Below are positions 19,719-28,400 of a stretch of 64,000 nucleotides of DNA, piece by piece. Location of the stretch: contig OZ242372.1 of NCBI GenBank assembly GCA_965209035.1, forward strand, positions 480,001 to 544,000. The letters run 5' to 3'. The stretch's first letter is position 1. The number at the start of each line of letters is the position of its first letter. Under the pieces are notes generated by a model that made no database searches, was not told where the DNA came from, and worked only from the letters and a program-made list of their open reading frames with translations. Both the position numbers and the translations under genes were made by a program. This DNA is from Gammaproteobacteria bacterium (GTDB lineage Bacteria > Pseudomonadota > Gammaproteobacteria > CBDBNL01 > JAAOII01).

Positions 19719-22088
19719 TTAGGTCTTCGTTTGGGTGCGCGCAGCAGTTCGGGGCTTCGGATGCGGGCGACCGAACTTTAAGCCGGGCAACAATCCGGAA
19801 TACTTGTCATCCAGGGTGAGCATACAGGGCAAGAAAACAAACACACTGAACAGAGCGCCGGCAATTGCCAAAGCGCTAAAAAATCCGAACCGCACCATCA
19901 CAACCAGGTCGGACGCTATAAACACACCAAAACCGACCAACAGCAGCAGCGATGTCAAAAAAATTGGACGCGAAAGGACATCGGACACCTGCGGCAAAAC
20001 AAGGGAGCGGGTGCTCACTTTATCCTTTTGATAAAGTTGATAGTAATGCAGATAATGGATCGTATCGTCTATACAAAGTCCCAGACTAATACTGGCAACC
20101 AGGACAGTGGCAAAATCAAACGGCAAGCCGAGCATGGCAATACTGCCAAGCGAAACCCCAATGGGCAGCATGTTGGCGATCAGTGCGATGGTGCCGATAC
20201 GACCGCCGAAAAATAGAATAAAAAGAAACCACACGAGTATGAAGCATATCAAAAAAGACTCCAACTGGGTCCTCAGCACATAATCACTCAATGCTTGAAA
20301 GTAGTAACTTGTCCCCGTTAGTAACTTGTCGGCGGTGATCTTGTCGGCGAGGACCGGACGGATATGGTCGTCAAGAAGTCGGCGCACCTGTAAGGAACTG
20401 AGATTGGGCGTTTGCAGATGCAACCGGCTATTGGCGTAAGTAAAATCCACATAGGGAGAAAGGACATCGTTTTTCGTATCGGAGCGTGAAAACTCCAGAA
20501 ACAAAATTTCCTGTGCCAGTTGCTGCCGGGTGGTCGGGGTATCTTCCCCGGGAGCAAACTCCTTATGCACCAAGCGGATCGGCAGAAGGTAACTATTGAC
20601 ATAATTGACATTGGGAATTTTTTCCAAGTCCGCTACCATCGTGCGAATCTTATCAAATACTTCTATCTCGCGAAAGGCATCGTTCTCCCGCCGCAGAATA
20701 ATGTCTATGGCACCGCTCCCCCCCAAGTTATCATCAACAAACTGAAAGGCTTGATAGGTCTTACCCTGTTTGGGAAAAAACGCATCCAGAAAGTTTGTCT
20801 CGGTATATGCGAAGCGTAATTGTGCGATCACCAAACCGGTGGCAACCAGGATAAGCAGAGTAATCGGCAAGCCCGCAGACTGCATCCCCCGGGTGCAACG
20901 ACAAACCAACGAAAGACGCACCTGTTGCGAGCCGGCACCGGGTTTGTCGCGTTTTCCTCGCACCCGCACATCAAGTCGCTCACCCAGAGCGAAAAGCAGC
21001 GAAAAGGTCACCAACAATATCAAGGGGTATGCCAAGAGAACGCTAAGAAATGCGTCCAGACCAAATTGGCTCAATGGCAGCAGTTCGCTCACATAAAACA
21101 CACCAAAACCGGTCGCCGTGGTAAGAGAAGTTGCCAGACAAGGTAACCAGGTTTCTTTCAGAGTTTGCAATAGCCGTGCGTTGGGTTCCCGCATGTAAAC
21201 CAGATGTCGCCAACGGGCGAGAATATGGATGGAGTCCGCCACCGAGATGACAACAATGAGAATGGGCAGACTGAGACTCACCACATTAATGGCATGGCCA
21301 TTGAAAACTGTCACATTGACAGTCACTAAAAGAGTTAATAAAGCGGTGAGCATCACGATCAGACTCATCAGGAAACTGCGCAGAAACAAGATCAACAGGA
21401 TGAATGTTATCAGAATCACAATCGGCAGAAAACGCAACAGATTTCCGCGACTGCGCTTGTCCAACTGATAGATGAGCTCGGTTTCGCCGGTCAGGTCGTA
21501 ATCGTTCAAATAGTCGGTCTTAGAAAGGATGTCGCCAACCAACCCGATGACCTCCTCCCGTTTGGCAAACTTATATTTTGTCTCGCCATAGGCGATGTCG
21601 CTCTTGATAATCAGGGCAAAGGAATTCGCATCCCGGGCAATCAACTGCCCCCAATAGTCACTGTCAATTAAATGCTGCCGGTAGTCTTCCATGTCCTTCA
21701 GCAGGCCGCGATCCAACGCACTCTTGTAATCGGTTAGACTTAAGGAACCGTCCCGGTCCATAATTGCCAGTTTTGCGTGCAACGGCGAGTTAATTTGCTT
21801 GATATATCTGTTTTGCTCCAGTTCCCGATACACCGCATCCAGTTCGTCCAAGACACCCTCGGAAAAATAGTCTTGTTTGGTTCGGATCCCCACAACCAGA
21901 GATTCGCCCTGTTCAAATTCTTTGTCAAGATATTCTTTGGCCGCCCGCACCGGATGTTCTGCCGGCAACCAATGGTAATTATCAAAACGAACACCCAACA
22001 AGCCGGGCAATAAGGACGCAAATAACAAGCCCAGTAACAGCCCGACACCCAAAATACGCCATCTCATTCGCCCTGTGCCTCGTCCCAT
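19719..22088 (-). CDS. MMPL/RND-family transporter
   Basis: Two repeated TM blocks with ADSIH..TSLTTATGF and GLCIDDTIH..TS motifs. Confidence 0.88.
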   Translation of the reverse strand: MGRGTGRMRWRILGVGLLLGLLFASLLPGLLGVRFDNYHWLPAEHPVRAAKEYLDKEFEQGESLVVGIRTKQDYFSEGVLDELDAVYRELEQNRYIKQINSPLHAKLAIMDRDGSLSLTDYKSALDRGLLKDMEDYRQHLIDSDYWGQLIARDANSFALIIKSDIAYGETKYKFAKREEVIGLVGDILSKTDYLNDYDLTGETELIYQLDKRSRGNLLRFLPIVILITFILLILFLRSFLMSLIVMLTALLTLLVTVNVTVFNGHAINVVSLSLPILIVVISVADSIHILARWRHLVYMREPNARLLQTLKETWLPCLATSLTTATGFGVFYVSELLPLSQFGLDAFLSVLLAYPLILLVTFSLLFALGERLDVRVRGKRDKPGAGSQQVRLSLVCRCTRGMQSAGLPITLLILVATGLVIAQLRFAYTETNFLDAFFPKQGKTYQAFQFVDDNLGGSGAIDIILRRENDAFREIEVFDKIRTMVADLEKIPNVNYVNSYLLPIRLVHKEFAPGEDTPTTRQQLAQEILFLEFSRSDTKNDVLSPYVDFTYANSRLHLQTPNLSSLQVRRLLDDHIRPVLADKITADKLLTGTSYYFQALSDYVLRTQLESFLICFILVWFLFILFFGGRIGTIALIANMLPIGVSLGSIAMLGLPFDFATVLVASISLGLCIDDTIHYLHYYQLYQKDKVSTRSLVLPQVSDVLSRPIFLTSLLLLVGFGVFIASDLVVMVRFGFFSALAIAGALFSVFVFLPCMLTLDDKYSGLLPGLKFGRPHPKPRTAARTQTKT

Positions 22089-22174
22089 GTCCTCCTATTC
22101 CCCTTCTCCCGGTGTTTGTATCTTATGTGCCTTCAATGGGAATATGAAAACAAGATGCCGGCGAGAGTATGACC

Positions 22175-23785
22175 TTAGAATCGATAACCGAGTGAAACCC
22201 GTAAGCTCGCCGCAAATGCGGAGAGGCGTTGCACATCCGTGGTGCCTCCGGCTTCTTCCTCTTCTTCCACTTCGGCGGCAACATTACTATCATTGAGATA
22301 TTGAAGAACATCCAAAGAAACAGCCGAAGTTAACCCGCCGTTGCTTCGGTGTTGATAATATAAAGTTGTCCCCTGAGCAAAACCGACTGTTCCCAAAGCC
22401 CAACCGATCCGTCCCCGCAGTTGTGCCCCCGTATTGCGCGCAATATGCAAAGCCGGGAAACACATATCCCGGTATTCTTCGTTGTCGTTCCCCGTCGCCT
22501 CCAAAAAAAGATCATAGCCGCGTTGACTCTTTTTATCAAAAGAATATCCCACACAGAGAAAATTAAAATTGGTGATCCATTTATCCGAATAATAGTCAAA
22601 ACCGACATTATAGATATCGCGCGTCAGATCCACATATTCTTTGTCGCCATTTTCGTTGGCGACCCAACGCAGGTAAGCTTTGATTGCTTCCGTATTGCCC
22701 GAAGTATATGGCAGCAAAAGTCCGCCAGCCGCCGCATCAATATCCGCGCTAACCAGGTTGCGCGCCCATTCAAACTTAATGGAATATCGGTTCACCGGAA
22801 TGGCAAGTTCAAAACCGTATGTGCTCACCGCACCAAAGGTCGGATCCGGCTCAGAGACAGGGAACTGGCTGTCTCCAATGCAGCCATCTATTGTTGCCGC
22901 CATTAATATTGTTGTTGTTTCGGGGTCTTCGTCACGACACACATAACTATCACCCCGGCGTAAAAACCTTGCCCGGGAAACCGGAAACTCGTAACCCTCA
23001 AAATAAGTCAACCCCACAATCACACGCGAACCCACATACAAAAGACGGACCGCCTGCTGAGAAGAATCTGCCGGTGTGGTTAATTTTGCCGTTCTCTCTG
23101 CCTCCTCTTCATCCGTGTACACTTGGTCACCGGTAAAACCGGTCAGTAATTGATCAGTCAGAAGTTGCGGAAAATAGTAATAGTGGATTTCCAACCCGCC
23201 CGGAATAAAAAATTGGGCGGCCGCCACATATTGCGGTAATCGGTTATCCACCTTGCTATAACTGAGGGTTGTGCTACTAAAATCTATGGGCAGCACAATA
23301 TCCACCGGCGATATCAAATCAAACTGACCGAAAACAATCCGCTTGCGTCCGAAAGAAAACAAGGCATAGTCAAAATCAAGATCAACATAGCCTTCCAGCA
23401 ATTCCACATCATCCGCCTCAACTTCCCGTGTAAATGTTTTGGTCTCACCGGTTCCTATGGTTCTGGATTCAAAAGCAAACTTCGCCAAAGAACGGTAGGC
23501 TCTGCCCTCCAGGGCGAACTTACCCCAGTTCCAATCCTCGTCATAACGCAGTCTGGCTTGCGTATTCCAACGCACATTGTCCTCATCAATAAAACCGCTG
23601 TAAGTTGCAAACAGAAGACCGCTGAAATGCTTTGTCCAATAGTCCGAACCGCCGCCATCCGTTACGACGTCCGTGCCGTCCTCTTCTTCAATAATGATGA
23701 CCGAATCATCCTCCGCAGCAAAAGAAACCATAGAAAGCAGAGAGAGCAGACACAGCCCGCAAAAGAGCATAATTTTAATCTTCAT
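22175..23785 (-). CDS. Putative outer-membrane beta-barrel protein (DUF1302-like)
   Basis: Signal peptide, EGYVD..GRKRIVFG..SPVD pattern, terminal LGYRF; between LolA-like and MMPL genes. Confidence 0.55.
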   Translation of the reverse strand: MKIKIMLFCGLCLLSLLSMVSFAAEDDSVIIIEEEDGTDVVTDGGGSDYWTKHFSGLLFATYSGFIDEDNVRWNTQARLRYDEDWNWGKFALEGRAYRSLAKFAFESRTIGTGETKTFTREVEADDVELLEGYVDLDFDYALFSFGRKRIVFGQFDLISPVDIVLPIDFSSTTLSYSKVDNRLPQYVAAAQFFIPGGLEIHYYYFPQLLTDQLLTGFTGDQVYTDEEEAERTAKLTTPADSSQQAVRLLYVGSRVIVGLTYFEGYEFPVSRARFLRRGDSYVCRDEDPETTTILMAATIDGCIGDSQFPVSEPDPTFGAVSTYGFELAIPVNRYSIKFEWARNLVSADIDAAAGGLLLPYTSGNTEAIKAYLRWVANENGDKEYVDLTRDIYNVGFDYYSDKWITNFNFLCVGYSFDKKSQRGYDLFLEATGNDNEEYRDMCFPALHIARNTGAQLRGRIGWALGTVGFAQGTTLYYQHRSNGGLTSAVSLDVLQYLNDSNVAAEVEEEEEAGGTTDVQRLSAFAASLRVSLGYRF

Positions 23786-24005
23786 TTCCTTAACCTTTAA
23801 TAAGATCCAATATCTTAGGCATTAATGATCTGTAAGAACAGAGCCGATTGCGGTACACACTCTAAGAGGCAATTCGTCACCCTTTGGCAACCGATAAGAG
23901 GACTTCCCTTAAGAACGGAACCGGTGCGGAAATTCTTAAAAGTTGATTCAAAGTTTGTTTGAAGGCGTTCTTAAGTGTCCCAGTCTGCCACATCCTGTCG
24001 TTCCA

Positions 24006-24929
24006 TTAAAGTCGCAGCCCTTTGGTCGTAAAGAGGGAATCATTTAAGCGCAGCCCGACATCGGTTGAGCGAATCAGAATATTTGTCCGACTGTTTTTTT
24101 GCAGATTGCGCATCTCCGATTCAACCACAACATACATCCCCTTAACCTTGCGAATCTTACGATTGGAGAGGGTTTTTAATTTTTGACCCTTCCGGTCATA
24201 AAAGATCACTTCCAGCGGGACAAAAATGTCGCGATGAATCTTATATTCCAGTTTGGAATATTGGTCTTTCGCACTGACCGGCAAAGACACCACATAATAG
24301 GCATTGTCATCCTCGTTAAGCAATTCGTGCTTGTCTTCTTTTAATGTCCTGCCGGCAACATCCGCATTACTAAAATCCGAGCCCATAAAACTATTGTGCT
24401 TATCGGCACCGGATAGTTTCTTGACACTCTTAAATGCGGGCAAGTAAATCCACTGATCCGCCCCCAAGCGGTTATCGTTCCCATGACTCAGCAGCCCGGT
24501 ATTTTTAATATCCGCAGGCTGGTAAAAACGCACCAAGGACTTGCTCGCAGCCCCTTTTACCTTTTTCCAACTGGTAAAAAAGCGTTCGCGCTTGCGATCC
24601 TTGCTGTCAAAAACTTCCATATACACATCGTATTTTTGTGTCTTATGGATTCTGGCTTGATCCTGTACCTTTCGCATCACCTCGTCGCCGCTAATCGCCC
24701 ATGCACCGGGAGAAAACAGCAAGACAGAAACGATACCAACGCATCCGGCCATCAAACGAAAAGATAAGGGTTTGTATAAATGTATTGTCATAATGTTATA
24801 TTTTATTGCTCCTGCTTGTAAGTATAATAAATTAAAAAATATTTTTACATAATCTCTGTGTAAAAACATTATAAAGCACCTTCCTTTCCTTGTTAAATAT
24901 TGGATTTTATTCTTGATGAACATAACCAC
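24006..24929 (-). CDS. LolA-like outer-membrane lipoprotein-sorting protein (DUF1329-like); true start probably downstream
   Basis: F.QPADIKNT.LL, DQWIYLPA, SFMGSDFS..D, YDRKG..LK. Confidence 0.82.
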   Translation of the reverse strand: MVMFIKNKIQYLTRKGRCFIMFLHRDYVKIFFNLLYLQAGAIKYNIMTIHLYKPLSFRLMAGCVGIVSVLLFSPGAWAISGDEVMRKVQDQARIHKTQKYDVYMEVFDSKDRKRERFFTSWKKVKGAASKSLVRFYQPADIKNTGLLSHGNDNRLGADQWIYLPAFKSVKKLSGADKHNSFMGSDFSNADVAGRTLKEDKHELLNEDDNAYYVVSLPVSAKDQYSKLEYKIHRDIFVPLEVIFYDRKGQKLKTLSNRKIRKVKGMYVVVESEMRNLQKNSRTNILIRSTDVGLRLNDSLFTTKGLRL

Positions 24930-25421
24930 CCGTTAAATAACAGCGGTAATTTTATGTCTCTTTTCAACCAACAATCCCTGTTCGCTTTCATCAATCGGTG
25001 AATGAGCGGTTGGGTTGGTACGGGATGCCCGCGAACAAAATCATCTTACAAGATTATTATGTCTTAAGATTATATGGGCGATCCGGGGTTTATAAAAAAT
25101 ATTGTTTCGCTACATCTAAAACATATAATCCCACCCGGTTTTAGGATCTTTGATCCGGATGATACACCATACCGAACTCCGCACCCCAAACCTTGCCGGG
25201 ATGATGCCGGGTGGACCGACAGGCTGGCGGGCAGATGGTGTCGGTAATTGTAACGGTACTTCGTTCGGTTGCCGAAGCACCGGGCGGGAGATGGTGCTGA
25301 GATGCTCGGCAGGCGGATTAGACAGATTTGTTAGATTGCACCGAAGTACCGGGGCGGTGGATTTACCGCCCGGGTTGCTTTGCTCTAACGGAAAGCCAGT
25401 GTTTGTTCTTCGTTAATTGTG

Positions 25422-28400
25422 CTATTGTTTGTCTCGGCCTTGTGCTGCCAGACCGCCAGGAACGCAGTTGAGCGCGGGGTATTGTGTTGCGTTGCCAAGA
25501 TCCCAGATGCGAACGAAGGATCCGCCGGGACCATTAGCGGCCGTGTTTGTCACCTCCTCGCCCGTATTTGGGTCGCACCAGAAGTTACCCCAACCTGCAT
25601 AGATGCCAGTGAAAGTAGTTGGATTTTGCAATTCCATCGTCGTTCTGCCTTCGCCTCGGTTACCGACAGCACCAGCACTGGACGACTGCCCGGTGGTTTG
25701 ATTGTCCCAATAAGAAACATCGACAGTGGATGCATCATCGGTCTGGCCGATCAAACCTCCAGTCAAGGTAGAACCTAAAGCCGGTCCGCTGGTAACATAA
25801 GAATTACGAATCGCAGCCCCATCCCCGACCCCGACCAATCCACCACCGGAAACAATTCCACCGGACGCATACGAATTACGAATCTCCGCATTCACCCCAT
25901 ACCCGATCAACCCTCCGTCCCAAAAATCACCGATAACAGATCCACCGGATACATACGAATGACGAATATCCACAAGTGGCCCATATCCGACCAGACCGCC
26001 GACAGCAACATTGCCGGATACAGATCCACCGGTTACAGATGAATAACGAATATCCACATCTCCACCCCACCCAATCAGACCACCAACATCAGCAAAACTG
26101 GAATAAACAGAAACATCGGACACGGACGAATACCAAATCGCCGCATTAATCCCATACCCGACCAGGCTACCAACTCTACCCACCAATTGACTGGTCACGT
26201 TCCCCCCTTTCACATGCACATTTTTAAAACGAGCACCGTCACCATAGCCCGCCAATATACCAACAAGACTTCCATCGCCCGAGACGTGTATGTATGCATT
26301 CAGCAGATGCAGATTTTGAACACTACCACCCACCGCACCAAACAGACCCACTCCATAATGAAGATCTCCTACAGAAATGAAAAGATCAGCAATACTGTGA
26401 TTGTTGCCGTCAAAGTTTCCTATATAGGGATTAGAACATTCAAAACTGTCACGACCAGTGACAAGGCAAAAACCAATTCGCGTCCAGCCGGCACCCATAG
26501 TCCAAACACTCATATTACCGCTGCCTTCGGCATAAGAAGCCGCATCACTAAAATTCAACGAACGGTTCAGTTCATAGCCGCGGCAACCGGACTGCAGACA
26601 ACCCGCATTTCCTAAAGCAGTCAGACCGTCGGTAGCATTATCGTCCACACCATCACCGTCCAAATCAGCTCGCAACAACGCCAACTCGTCCAAATTGTGA
26701 ACTTCTATGAGACCGTTATTGTCGTCATCCACATCCTCATCTCTATCCCGACAGCCGTCGTTATCTTTATCTGTCGTCGGACCAGAAGTCCAACCGGTTT
26801 CACCGCGCGGACAGAGATCCAAGGGAACTCCGTTGTCCGCAAGATCATTCACCCCATCGTTGTCGTCGTCCGAGTCCTCGCCACTGTCCTGACAACCATC
26901 GTTGTCGTAATCCGTCATCGGACCGGATATCCAGCCGGTTTCGCCGCGCGGACAGAGATCCAAGGGAACTCCGTTGTCCGCAAGATCATTCACCCCGTCA
27001 TTGTCATCATCTGTTTCTTCGACAAATTCATCGCGACAACCATCCCTGTCGTAATCCATGCTGACATTGGTGCCGGTCGAACAAGCATTCATCCCATCCG
27101 GAACACGATTATCATCGCCCTGCCGCTGCTGTTCTACACTGATAGGAAGACAATTTAGAGCAGGGTATTCACTGCTGGTTCCCAGATCCCACAAGCGAAT
27201 GAAGGAGCCACCGGGACCATTGGCATCGATGTCCTCGGTCACATTGCCTGTATTTGGCTCACACCAGAAGTTACCCCAATTCGCATAGATGCCAGTGAAA
27301 GTTGTCAGATTTTGTAGTATGAAGGTGGTTAACCCGATGCCGCCGCGACTGACCGATAGTCCAGTTGTTTGCGTATCCCAGTAGGAGTATCTCACTGTGC
27401 CATTCTGATAGCCACTAACCAGTCCGCCAACTCTGTCATTACCGGAAACATTTCTGGCAGCCGAATACGAATAACGAATCGTCGCCCCACCACCACGCCC
27501 GACCAGCCCACCGACACTAGAACGACCAGAAACAGTGCCACCATGCGTATACGAATTACGAATATCTGCATTAACCCCAGACCCGATCAGTCCACCGACC
27601 TCATTCCTACCGAAAACAGAAACACCAGAAATCCCCACATTACGAATATTCGTTATCAATCCAAACCCGACCAGTCCACCGACATTATTTCTACCGAAAA
27701 CAGAAACACCAGAAATTCCCACATTACGAATATCTGCATTAATCCCAAACCCGACTAGTCCACCGACACCATCCCTACCGAAAACAGAAACACCAGAAAT
27801 CCCCACATTACGAATATCTGCCGCCGACCCATGCCCGACCAGCCCACCGACACTAATATCCCCACCAAAAACAGGAACACTAGAAACCCGCGAATAACGA
27901 ATAGTCGCTCTTGCCCCATTTCCGATCAGACCACCTACATTGTCAGCAAACGAACTGTTCACGATCCCTTCTTCCGCACTCACATTTTCAAAATATCCGC
28001 CTCGACCATAGCCCGCCAACATACCAACATAGTTTCCGCCACCGGTGATATTCGCATTCAATAGATGCAAGTTTTGGATGCGACCGGCTAACGCAGCAAA
28101 CAGACCCACTCCATTCACATCATCACCTGCCGAAATTAAAAGATCGGCAATACTATGATTATTACCTTCAAAGGTCCCCGTATAGGACGAACATAGATTA
28201 AAAGTACTACAAGAACCAATCGGTGTCCAACCACTACCGGTTGTCCATGCCTCCATATTTTCACTGCCTCCAACATAGGAATCCACATCACTAAAATTTA
28301 ACGAGCGGTTCAGTTCATAGCCGCGGCAACCGGACGGCAAACAACCCGCATCTCCTAAAGCAGTCAGACCGTCGGTAGCATTATCGTCCACACCATCACC

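Noticed and set aside
23790-24005. Inverted repeat cttaagaacg...cgttcttaag between the LolA-like and barrel genes
   Set aside because: Consistent with an ordinary intercistronic stem; nothing else supports an RNA gene
25157-25166. ggatgataca resembling the IS481 terminus
   Set aside because: Only ~10 nt match with no further IR similarity
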